Shown: one piece after another, positions 30,539 through 39,676 of the stretch
How the letters are laid out: each line of letters opens with the position of its first letter
Numbering within the stretch: position 1 is the stretch's first letter
The notes under the pieces: model-generated
Told to the model about the DNA's origin: nothing
The model's database searches: none
Seen by the model: the letters and a program-made list of their open reading frames with translations, nothing else
NCBI GenBank assembly: GCA_021804095.1
Contig: JAJZKQ010000003.1
Span: 1 to 53,322, forward strand
Source: Candidatus Micrarchaeota archaeon
GTDB taxonomy: Archaea > Micrarchaeota > Micrarchaeia > Micrarchaeales > CABMGC01
DNA: 53,322 nucleotides
Reading direction: 5' to 3'
Made by a program: the position numbers and the translations under genes

Positions 30539-31521
30539 TGCAGATAGACCCAAAAGAAAAACTAGCAGAACTCCATGTACATCTTGGCGCATCTGTAGAT
30601 CCTGCAACAATGTGGGAGATAGCCCACTCACAAGGGATAAGACTTCCAACAAAAGACTACTGGAAATTTACAGATATCATAACCGTAAATTCAAAAAATG
30701 TAAAATCCCTGGAAGACTACACTTCACTATTCAAATGGACAGAACTCATACAGTCCAGCCCTCTAGCTGTAGAAAGGGCAATCTACCAAACAATAGCCGG
30801 AGCATACAGGAAAAACAACATAACCCTGCTTGAACTAAGATTCAATCCAATGAAACGCAACCGGGGCGGAGAGCAGGACCTCGACCAGATCCTTATGGCA
30901 GCTACCAGAGGTCTTGACAGGGCATCAATGGAATATCCAATAAAAGCAGGAATAATCATATGCCTGGACAAGAACACCTTCACATACAGGCAAAACGAGA
31001 TACTTGTCCAAAAAGCAATAAAATACAGAGACAGAGGAATTGTAGGAATAGACCTTGCAGACCCTATAAGCTCCAAATTCAAATATTCAGATTACAGAAA
31101 CCTATACAAACATGCAAAAGCAGAAGGCCTAGGGCTTACCGTGCATGCAGGAGAAAACGAGGACTTCCAATCAGTAATAGATTCGATAAACTATCTGGAA
31201 CCTGACAGAATAGGCCATGGAATACAAGCGCTGAAAAACACCAAGGCAATAGAAATGATAAAAGAAAACAGAATAACGCTTGAGATATGCCCCACATCCA
31301 ATTTACACACACGCGTAATAAAAGACCTCCAAGATATGAAAAAGATATTCAAAATACTGAACTCTGAAAAAATAAAATACACTATAAATACCGACGGGCC
31401 TGAACTACTAATAACAAACCTCAGAAACGAAATGAACTTCCTCATATCAAACAATATTCTCACAAGAAAGCAAATTCTAGACTCGAATAATAAAGCATTC
31501 CAGGCATCTTTTATAAAATGA
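30535..31521 (+). CDS. Adenosine/AMP deaminase family protein
   Basis: ELHVHL, TVHAGE, RIGHG, EICPTSN, INTDGP; ATGA overlap with guaB. Confidence 0.9.
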   Translation: MMQIDPKEKLAELHVHLGASVDPATMWEIAHSQGIRLPTKDYWKFTDIITVNSKNVKSLEDYTSLFKWTELIQSSPLAVERAIYQTIAGAYRKNNITLLELRFNPMKRNRGGEQDLDQILMAATRGLDRASMEYPIKAGIIICLDKNTFTYRQNEILVQKAIKYRDRGIVGIDLADPISSKFKYSDYRNLYKHAKAEGLGLTVHAGENEDFQSVIDSINYLEPDRIGHGIQALKNTKAIEMIKENRITLEICPTSNLHTRVIKDLQDMKKIFKILNSEKIKYTINTDGPELLITNLRNEMNFLISNNILTRKQILDSNNKAFQASFIK

Positions 31522-32426
31522 CAGATAAAGATAAAAATACCAATTCCTTAGTCTTCATAACGGAGAAATTCATGAAAGAGCGTCTCACCATAACTCTGGA
31601 TACAGAACTGCTCAAAGAGCTAGACTCAACCATAGATGGAGTTAACATACGAAACAGATCCCATGCGATTGAGCGCCTTTTAAGCATAGTCCTCGAGCAG
31701 GCAGCCCCTAAAAAAGCAGTAATACTTGCCGGAGGAGAAGTCATCAACACAAAACATCAGACAGGGGTTCCGAAACCGATGCTGCTTGTAAATGAAAGAC
31801 CCATATTGGAATACGTTGTAAGAGAACTAAAAAGAAACGAAATAACCGAAATCCTTATAGCTATAGGGCGAGGTGGGGAAAAGATAACCGAATACTTTGG
31901 GGATGGCTCCCTTTTCGGGGTCAAGATAAGTTATATAAGGGAAGATTCCCCAAAAGGAACTGCAAACGCAATAGTTCTTGCAAAAGGCCTTGTAGGCAAC
32001 TCACCTTTTTTTGTAATAAACGGTGACAACATCTTCAAGATAAACTTACAAGATATGTATAAACAGCATATCTCTACAAAGGCGGAAATAACAATTGCGC
32101 TTTATCCTGCAGACATAACAACAGGATTCGGAGTCACAAAACTTGACGGATTTAAGGTGACAAGCTTCCTTGAAAAGCCAGCCGACGAAAAAGGCAAGCT
32201 CATAAGTGCAGGAGTCTACATATTCAACCAATCAATATTCGAGACAATCGAAAGAGAAAAATTAAACCATATAACTCTTGAAAAGAACATATTTCCAAAG
32301 CTTGCTGCAGAAGGGAAACTTTTCGGCTACGCATTTTCCAGCCCATGGTATCCATTGGAATCTAAAAACATAGAGGGAAGCCTTAGGCTGCTCGCCAAAA
32401 TTGCTAATTCTATCGAGAGATCCTAA
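31518..32426 (+). CDS. Ribbon-helix-helix (CopG-like) domain fused to a degenerate sugar-phosphate nucleotidyltransferase domain
   Basis: ERLTITLD..LLKELD......RNRSHAIERLL, then AVILAGG...PKPML...GTANA...NGD; alternative start ATG 31572. Confidence 0.85.
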   Translation: MTDKDKNTNSLVFITEKFMKERLTITLDTELLKELDSTIDGVNIRNRSHAIERLLSIVLEQAAPKKAVILAGGEVINTKHQTGVPKPMLLVNERPILEYVVRELKRNEITEILIAIGRGGEKITEYFGDGSLFGVKISYIREDSPKGTANAIVLAKGLVGNSPFFVINGDNIFKINLQDMYKQHISTKAEITIALYPADITTGFGVTKLDGFKVTSFLEKPADEKGKLISAGVYIFNQSIFETIEREKLNHITLEKNIFPKLAAEGKLFGYAFSSPWYPLESKNIEGSLRLLAKIANSIERS

Positions 32427-32552
32427 AACTTCCGTTAACAACATTTTGGATAGCCAACAAACCTAACTTTACCCTATCATAATTTATATTAATATGATAA
32501 AGTATTACTTAGTATGATTATATCTTACAACACAAAAATTCAGTGATTTCTA

Positions 32553-33311
32553 ATGCACTCAAGCAAAAGAGCAATAACGGGAAGGGATTTGGATATCCTA
32601 TGTGGGGTCCTAAGACCTCACATGCCTTCCCCTCTCTCTTCTGCAAAATTATCGCCTCCTGAAATAACCTCCCTGCCTAGCTACGGCAATCTCCTAAAGC
32701 ATACCTGCGGGGAAGGCACAGATCTTTCCATAGTAAACACTCCACAAGGAATGATTAAAACAAGATCGCCCGAATACTCTTATACTGTTGCAATTTCCAA
32801 TGATCCTCTCACTGCTTCATGGAGGCTAGACCATTCAGAAGGAATACTGGAAGGGGTAAGAATAGTTGTGCTTCCTCCAAAAACACATTATGAAATAAGG
32901 GTCCACGGAAATTCATACCTATTCCTCCTAGAATTATGCAACAGCAAAATATTTACCAACATATCGCCCATAGGAACTGATCTTCCAAAGAAACCAATAC
33001 ATACTGAAAGATCTTCTGTAGAATTTTACACGGAAGAAAAAAAGTTTTTTATACAAGATTTCCACACTTCTTCAGAAACCAAAACCTATGTAAGCACCAG
33101 CAGAACCAATGTTATATGGCTGGAGGATCAAAAACTAAAGATGAATAACGTAACAGACTCAAAAATCATAACTGTAAATCCTGAGACTCCACACTCCGTT
33201 ATCTCAGAATCATTCCCTCTATTTACAATAACTACAAAAAACCCGAAGAATAAAAAACCTAATCATATTATGATAACTAGAAAGGAGATAATAGAAGCCC
33301 TGCGCCTATAA
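32553..33311 (+). CDS. Hypothetical protein, possibly degenerate bicupin
   Basis: 252-aa ORF with GTGA RBS; two weak cupin motif-2-like stretches (VLPPKTHYEI, TVNPETPHSV). Confidence 0.6.
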   Translation: MHSSKRAITGRDLDILCGVLRPHMPSPLSSAKLSPPEITSLPSYGNLLKHTCGEGTDLSIVNTPQGMIKTRSPEYSYTVAISNDPLTASWRLDHSEGILEGVRIVVLPPKTHYEIRVHGNSYLFLLELCNSKIFTNISPIGTDLPKKPIHTERSSVEFYTEEKKFFIQDFHTSSETKTYVSTSRTNVIWLEDQKLKMNNVTDSKIITVNPETPHSVISESFPLFTITTKNPKNKKPNHIMITRKEIIEALRL

Positions 33312-33335
33312 TAAATTCAAATATACTGCAGTTCA

Positions 33336-34820
33336 TTATTCAATCTTTCTGAAAAGAAGTCCTCCTCTGCTCAGGCTTCCTTCAAACCTCTCTTTGAAAC
33401 TGCAATCTTTAATCTTGAAAGTTCCCGCATCAATCCCTATCTTCGCTGATATTTTTTCTGCTGTTTCAGGTATGAAAGGATACAATAGTATTGCGGATAT
33501 CCTAAGCGCTTCCAGCAGGTTGTAAAGTATAGAACCCAGTTCAGACCCACTTTTCTTCCATGGTTCCTTCATGTTTACATAAGCATTGCAGCTTCTGACG
33601 AATTCCATAATCCTCTCCAGCGCTTCATGCAGATTCCCTTTATCCATATCCCTCAAGATATCATCCAGATGCAGGCCTTCAGCAAGCTCAACCTTTCCTT
33701 CGAAAACAGATATGCCTGATTTCTCAGCTATTGTGAGAACCCTGTTTACTAGATTCCCAAGATCTCCAACCAACTCCTTGTTATATCTGTCTCTAATGCC
33801 CTCCTGCGAAAAATTTCCATCCTCAAACGTTGAGATATCCCTGATCAGGTAATATCGCATGCCATCTGCACCATATTTATCCATAATTTCAAACGGGCTT
33901 ATCACATTTCCAAGCGATTTACTCATCTTTTTGCCTTCTACTGTAAGAAACCCATGCACGAAGAGCCTTTTAGGAAGAGCCAATCCTGCTGAAAGGAGCA
34001 TGGCCGGCCAATAAACTGCATGAAATCTTATAATATCCTTGCCTATAACATGCACGTCTGCAGGCCAGATCTTCCCGAATTCCTCCTCATTTTTCCCGTA
34101 CCCTGCAGATGTGAGATATACCGCAAGCGCATCAAACCAGACATAAAAAATCTGACCTTGGTCGCCAGGTATCGGTATTCCCCATCCATGCGCCCTGCTT
34201 ACCGATCTGGAAATACTGAAATCCTCAAGCCCCGAATCTATAAAACTCAGTATCTCGTTCTTTCTTTCCTGTGGAAGTATCATATATTCTCCGGATTTAA
34301 TTATCTCTTCTATCTTTTCCTGATATCTGGAAAGCCTGAAGAAATAATTCTCCTCCTCAACTTCATCAGGTCTGGTATTATGGTTAGGACACTTCCCATC
34401 TATTAGCTCTCCCTCAGTATAAAAGGCCTCACAACCTACGCAATAAAGCCCCCTGTATTTTTTACTATATATATCTCCATTCTTCTTGCAGGCTTCCCAA
34501 AGCTTGTATACGCCTGACCAGTGCTCTTCCTTTACCGAGGATCTAACAAAAGGACCCTTTAAGATATTCATACTTTTCAAAAGATTCCTGAAAACCTCGG
34601 AATTTTCAGCACATAGCTGAGCTGTAGATATATGGCGAAGTTCAGCTGCCCTGACGTTTTTCAGACTATTCTCGTCGGTTCCCGTGCCCAATGTCACCTC
34701 TTTCCCTAAAAGGGATTGATACCTCGCAATCACATCTGTCTGAGTATACTCAAGGGCATGGCCGATATGCGGCGAAGCGTTTACATATGGTATGGATGAC
34801 GTTATATAAAATTTTTCCAA
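33336..34820 (-). CDS. metG: Methionine--tRNA ligase (short, single-knuckle type)
   Basis: PYVNASPHIGH, GTDEN, YVWFDAL, IGKDIIRFH, KMSKS; TTG start with GGTG RBS. Confidence 0.96.
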   Translation of the reverse strand: MEKFYITSSIPYVNASPHIGHALEYTQTDVIARYQSLLGKEVTLGTGTDENSLKNVRAAELRHISTAQLCAENSEVFRNLLKSMNILKGPFVRSSVKEEHWSGVYKLWEACKKNGDIYSKKYRGLYCVGCEAFYTEGELIDGKCPNHNTRPDEVEEENYFFRLSRYQEKIEEIIKSGEYMILPQERKNEILSFIDSGLEDFSISRSVSRAHGWGIPIPGDQGQIFYVWFDALAVYLTSAGYGKNEEEFGKIWPADVHVIGKDIIRFHAVYWPAMLLSAGLALPKRLFVHGFLTVEGKKMSKSLGNVISPFEIMDKYGADGMRYYLIRDISTFEDGNFSQEGIRDRYNKELVGDLGNLVNRVLTIAEKSGISVFEGKVELAEGLHLDDILRDMDKGNLHEALERIMEFVRSCNAYVNMKEPWKKSGSELGSILYNLLEALRISAILLYPFIPETAEKISAKIGIDAGTFKIKDCSFKERFEGSLSRGGLLFRKIE

Positions 34821-34908
34821 GAATTACACCGGAACTTCCACTAATCTCTTTTTCATGCATTATTTTTAATTCTTTAGAAGTTATATAATTTTCCTAAGAG
34901 GGGCAGCC

Positions 34909-36972
34909 ATGGACGAAATAGCAACAGCAGAATTAAGTGACAAATTCCTCGAATTTTTCAATGAATATTACACTGAAAAAATAAATGACATGTATATAAG
35001 TTATCCGAAGACAAGAAGCATTATGGTCAATATAAAAGACCTGGAGAAAATAGACCATGAACTTGCCCTAGAGATGATAAATAATCCTGACAGCATCCTT
35101 CCCGCAGCAAACACAGCTCTGGCAAAGCTTAATCCTAATCCCGACGCTAAAGAAAATGTATATGCAAGATTTTACGGTATAGAGGGAGCTCCCCTAATAC
35201 AGGATGTAGGCTCTGAATACATAGGGAAGATGTTAACTCTGGATTCGCTTCCGGTAAAACGCTCTGAAATAATACCAAAGGTCTCGATAGGAGTATTCAA
35301 GTGCACATTCTGCGGCACAACAATAAAAATAAAAATGGAAAGGGAAACCGCAATAGAAATATGCCCACAATGCAAGAGACGGTCATTGAAACAAGATAAC
35401 AACGAATCACACTTCACAAATCTTCAAAAGATAGCAGTACAGGATCCGTTGGAAAAGCTAAAGGGAAGCACTCCGACATGGCAACTGGAGGTATGGCTCG
35501 AGGACGATCTTGTAAATACTGTAACTCCTGGAGACAGAATAGATATAACCGGGGTTCTCAGAATAAGGCCAAGGAAATCTTCAAAAGGCAAAGAAGACAA
35601 GATGCTTTACTCGATGCTGTTTGATGCTGTGTCAATTGAGCACAAACAGAAAGAGTTTACCGATCTTGAAATCTCAAAGGAAGAGGAGGACGAGATAAAA
35701 GCGCTCTCCAAAGATCCTGAGATATTCGAAAAGATCTCCAAATCCATAGCCCCTTCAATATTCGGCTATGAAGAGATAAAGAAGGCATTGGCACTTGCAT
35801 TATTTGGCGGAACCCCAGACAAAAAATTAGTAGACGGAGCGCCTATAAGAAGCGATATACACATGCTTCTCATAGGAGACCCTGGATCAGCTAAGACAAG
35901 ACTTCTACAATCTGTAACGGCACTTGTGCCAAAAGGCATATATGTAAGCGGAAAGTCTACAACCTCTGCAGGGCTTACCGCTGCCGCAGAAAAAGACGAA
36001 TTCGCAGAGGGAGGTTGGGTCTTAAAAGCAGGAGCATTAGTCCTGGGCTCAGGAGGAGAGGTCTCAATAGACGAATTCGACAAGGTCAGCGACGATGACA
36101 AATCTTCACTTTTGGAGGCAATGGAATCCCAGACTATCAGCGTAGCGAAAGCAGGTATAGTTGCAAGGTTCAACACCAAAACTACAATACTTGCAGCTGC
36201 AAATCCGAAATATGGGAGATTTGATCCAAACGCATATCCTGCGGATCAATTCGACATTCCTCCTACGCTTCTCTCCAGATTCGATCTCATCTTCCCAATA
36301 AAGGATAATCTCGATGAGGAAAAGGACAAACAGATAGCAAGCCACATCCTCATGCAGCACAGTGCCGCAGGCGCACAATTAGCAGATCTATCCAATTATG
36401 AACAGGTTGAGACACCCCCTCTAAATCACGACCTGCTTAGGAAATATGTTGCATACGCAAAAAAGAATATAAGGCCAAGGCTAAGCCCAGAAGCCTCTAG
36501 TAGGATCTCAGAATATTATGTGGAACTCAGGAAGATAGGCATAAAGAGCGGTGCGACTCCCATCACTCCAAGGCAGATAGAAGGCTTGGTACGACTTTCA
36601 GAATCAAGCGCAAAATCGCGCCTCTCAGACATGATAGAGGAAAAAGATGCCCAGTTAGGGATCTCCCTCTTCGAATACATGCTTAATACTCTCGCAGTTG
36701 ACAGGGGCGGAAGGAAGGACATAGATGCTTTATTGACAGGAATGCCCAGAGAGAAAGTAAATAAGATAAACTCAATAATGTCCATAATAAAGAAGCTTCA
36801 GGAAGAGTCTAACGAAGGCATAGCAAAAATAGTCGACCTTCTTTCAGAAGCCGAGAAACAGGGGATAGACCGCGCAACAACAACCAGGTATCTGAGCGAA
36901 CTTGAAAGAAGCGGAGATATCTTCACCCCCAGGGGCGGAATAGTAAAAATTGTGAGAAGAGAGGATGAATAA
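34909..36972 (+). CDS. mcm: MCM replicative helicase
   Basis: CTFC/CPQC zinc finger, GDPGSAKT, IDEFDK, LAAANP, LSRFDL, TPRQIE. Confidence 0.97.
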   Translation: MDEIATAELSDKFLEFFNEYYTEKINDMYISYPKTRSIMVNIKDLEKIDHELALEMINNPDSILPAANTALAKLNPNPDAKENVYARFYGIEGAPLIQDVGSEYIGKMLTLDSLPVKRSEIIPKVSIGVFKCTFCGTTIKIKMERETAIEICPQCKRRSLKQDNNESHFTNLQKIAVQDPLEKLKGSTPTWQLEVWLEDDLVNTVTPGDRIDITGVLRIRPRKSSKGKEDKMLYSMLFDAVSIEHKQKEFTDLEISKEEEDEIKALSKDPEIFEKISKSIAPSIFGYEEIKKALALALFGGTPDKKLVDGAPIRSDIHMLLIGDPGSAKTRLLQSVTALVPKGIYVSGKSTTSAGLTAAAEKDEFAEGGWVLKAGALVLGSGGEVSIDEFDKVSDDDKSSLLEAMESQTISVAKAGIVARFNTKTTILAAANPKYGRFDPNAYPADQFDIPPTLLSRFDLIFPIKDNLDEEKDKQIASHILMQHSAAGAQLADLSNYEQVETPPLNHDLLRKYVAYAKKNIRPRLSPEASSRISEYYVELRKIGIKSGATPITPRQIEGLVRLSESSAKSRLSDMIEEKDAQLGISLFEYMLNTLAVDRGGRKDIDALLTGMPREKVNKINSIMSIIKKLQEESNEGIAKIVDLLSEAEKQGIDRATTTRYLSELERSGDIFTPRGGIVKIVRREDE

Positions 36973-37054
36973 TCGTATGCCAATTCCATTCATCTGCCAG
37001 CTAACTAATTAGAATGGGTTTTTAAATTATTTCCTTCTAAAACTATAAGATAAA

Positions 37055-37525
37055 ATGGCAACGTCTTCATCAAGAAAAAGAACCAAAAAGAATTCTCCAG
37101 CTGAAAATCCAGTGCAGGCAACAGCAGAGGCTAAGAAAAACAAGCCCATCGCAGCAAGCCTGCTTGCGATACTCGGAGGAATACTCATAATATTCTCAGC
37201 CGTTTATGTACTCTCGTCCTTCCATTATATATTAAGCCATCCGGCTAATTTTACAACCGAAATAAACGCAACAACCCTGGCCGCTGTTCATAAAGCCCTG
37301 CCTTATGCTTCAGAGCTCACACTGATCTCAGTAATATGTGGGATATTGATAATAGCATTTGGTTTATTCGCCCTCTTCATACCAAAAACATTGAAGCATT
37401 CTAAACTTATGGCTATAGCAATAGCAATTGCAGCGTTCATAAGCCTGCCTATGGGTGGGGGGTTCATAATAGGGCTTATATTATCCGTAATAGGTGCCAT
37501 ATTACTATTTATATTCAAAGGTTGA
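37055..37525 (+). CDS. Hypothetical membrane protein (about 4 TM)
   Basis: Hydrophobic helices, C-terminal GGGFIIG..L..IGAIL. Confidence 0.75.
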   Translation: MATSSSRKRTKKNSPAENPVQATAEAKKNKPIAASLLAILGGILIIFSAVYVLSSFHYILSHPANFTTEINATTLAAVHKALPYASELTLISVICGILIIAFGLFALFIPKTLKHSKLMAIAIAIAAFISLPMGGGFIIGLILSVIGAILLFIFKG

Positions 37526-37552
37526 CAATCAAAACTAAACAAAGGCGCAATC

Positions 37553-38389
37553 ATGAACGCGGCAAACTCTTTGAAAGAAGCATACTTAACCCTAAAGGAA
37601 AAGCCAACGATTATACTTTTGTTTATAACATTTGCAATAATTTCCCTTTCTCTTTTCTTGCTCTACTCAATCAATTTAAATTCTATCAGTAATCCAACAA
37701 GCAATTCACTTGCAACAATCTTAATGTCATATATAGTAGGATTAGTGTTATTTGTATTATTTTTTATTTTGGCTTCAATTTCTGTGATGATAGCCAAACA
37801 AAAATTCTCTGGCGAAAAAATTCTACTGAAAAAAGCATTCAACGATGCTAAACCCTTTTTCATAAGAACTGTAGGGCTATTTATTGTAATATTTTTAATC
37901 CTAGGTATACCTATGGGCATTTTTATATTTGGAGGCGGAATTCTTTTCGACTCTTTAGTAGCATACTCCTCCATAGTAATTTCCTTGGCGGTAAGTGGTA
38001 TTGTACTTCTTATAATAGGTATTATACTCTTAGTCTTTCTCGGAGTTGGAGTATCTCAGTCACTACCTATATCCATGATCGAAAATCTAGGAATAATAGC
38101 ATCTATCAAAAAAAGTTTCAGCAAATCTTACAAATCTTTCTGGTCCATCTTCGGTATAGGATTTACAATTTTTATGATATCGTTAGTTTTTGATCTGATA
38201 GAATATCTGATATCAACATACATTTCATCCCTCATAAGCTACTTCTTATATGTGGCATATATAGCAATACTCTATCCAATTGTCTTAATCGCAATTCCAA
38301 TATTCTATCTTTATTCTAATCAAAAGCCAGATTCAAATAAGCCTAAAATTGGCACAGATTCAGCATCTCCAAAAATCAGCCAAGGCTAA
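37553..38389 (+). CDS. Hypothetical multi-pass membrane protein (about 6 TM)
   Basis: Hydrophobic segments; IENLGIIASIKKSF pattern seen in GDPD-associated membrane-domain proteins. Confidence 0.75.
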   Translation: MNAANSLKEAYLTLKEKPTIILLFITFAIISLSLFLLYSINLNSISNPTSNSLATILMSYIVGLVLFVLFFILASISVMIAKQKFSGEKILLKKAFNDAKPFFIRTVGLFIVIFLILGIPMGIFIFGGGILFDSLVAYSSIVISLAVSGIVLLIIGIILLVFLGVGVSQSLPISMIENLGIIASIKKSFSKSYKSFWSIFGIGFTIFMISLVFDLIEYLISTYISSLISYFLYVAYIAILYPIVLIAIPIFYLYSNQKPDSNKPKIGTDSASPKISQG

Positions 38390-39497
38390 CCTTAAGATTC
38401 CTGCTTCTGAGTCCCAACAGGTTTCTTGCCATCTCACTAGGCATATCCATGTCCCCATACCTGCCAAGGAATCTGCCGAAACCCAATCCTTCAAGAATCT
38501 TCAGGGTCAGACCCATCCCTCTGTTTCCAATTCCCGAATAGAAACTCTTTACCATAGCATGCATCCACATATCTAACATGAAAGTTCTCCTGTAAGTTCT
38601 TTCATATTCATAAAGATCCCCTCCATGCTCAAAATAATTCTTTATTGTATTAGCGGCAAGAATGCCTGCAAGGCTACCGTATATTATGCCTCCACCGGTA
38701 GAAGGCTTGACCTGGCCTGCAGCATCCCCTACAAGCAATACCCTGGATTTAACTTCTACTATGTGTCTGCGCAGTGAGACTGGTATAATGCTTGCCCCTT
38801 CAGAGATCTTTTTAGCGTTTCCTACCATGTCTGAAATTTCTTTTCTTGATGTAAACCTGTTAAATGAAGCCAAAGCGTTGCCAGAAGAAGAATCAATACC
38901 GATTCCCACCTCCAGTATGTCCTTTGAATTTGGGCATATCCATCCAAACAGGCCCTTTGCAACACCACTATCAAAGAAAACATCAACCACTCTGTGGTCA
39001 TCATGGCCTATATTGTACTCCGCCTTATATGTAAGCAGATAATTTTTGATACTGCCAATTTTATAGTGCCTTGCAACTTCTGATACTGCCCCATCCGCAC
39101 CAACCACTACTCCTTCCGAAGAGAATCCATCAAGTTCTCTTCCTGTTACTCTCTTTCCTAAAAGAACATCAGCCCCTTCGGCAACAGCTTCATCATGGCA
39201 TATGTCATTGAGATGCTTCCTGTCAAGAACATGGGCCACTGCAGGCTTCGAGTAAATATTCATGGTCCTGCCATTAGCATGTATCCTTGCTCCATGAAGC
39301 GTGTTAGTGACTGCACTGCCATAACTTATGCCTATTCTCTCAAGACCTTTTACCGAAAGAATGCCAGAAGCCCTGACTGGCTCTCCTAAAACCTTCTTTT
39401 GGTCATAGACTACAGTATTTATGCCGAGCTTTGCAAGCCTCCTAGCTGTAACAAGCCCTGCCGTGCCTCCTCCAATTACTGAAACCTTTTCTTCCAT
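38376..39497 (-). CDS. Geranylgeranyl reductase family FAD-dependent oxidoreductase
   Basis: VIGGGTAG Rossmann motif, VGADG, FGWICP, LVGDAAGQVKPSTGGGI. Confidence 0.9.
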   Translation of the reverse strand: MEEKVSVIGGGTAGLVTARRLAKLGINTVVYDQKKVLGEPVRASGILSVKGLERIGISYGSAVTNTLHGARIHANGRTMNIYSKPAVAHVLDRKHLNDICHDEAVAEGADVLLGKRVTGRELDGFSSEGVVVGADGAVSEVARHYKIGSIKNYLLTYKAEYNIGHDDHRVVDVFFDSGVAKGLFGWICPNSKDILEVGIGIDSSSGNALASFNRFTSRKEISDMVGNAKKISEGASIIPVSLRRHIVEVKSRVLLVGDAAGQVKPSTGGGIIYGSLAGILAANTIKNYFEHGGDLYEYERTYRRTFMLDMWMHAMVKSFYSGIGNRGMGLTLKILEGLGFGRFLGRYGDMDMPSEMARNLLGLRSRNLKVSLG

Positions 39498-39676
39498 CAC
39501 GTCCACATTAAAATTTGATAATAACACTTACAATTAAAAAATTAAGAAACTTTATGTTCTGCCCATATACAAAAAATTTTTTCCTAAATGAAACGTCATC
39601 TATATAAATATGACCTAAAAATATTATGCTGTAATCGATAGTGTCTAAAACACATCATTAAATAGTTATACAACCA

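Noticed and set aside
30535-31521. Deaminase as an antiviral effector (RADAR RdrB or CARF-fused deaminase)
   Set aside because: Short stand-alone enzyme with no partner ATPase or CARF domain, and coupled to guaB
34821-34908. Replication origin next to mcm
   Set aside because: No ORB-like repeats or orc1/cdc6; looks like a short divergent promoter
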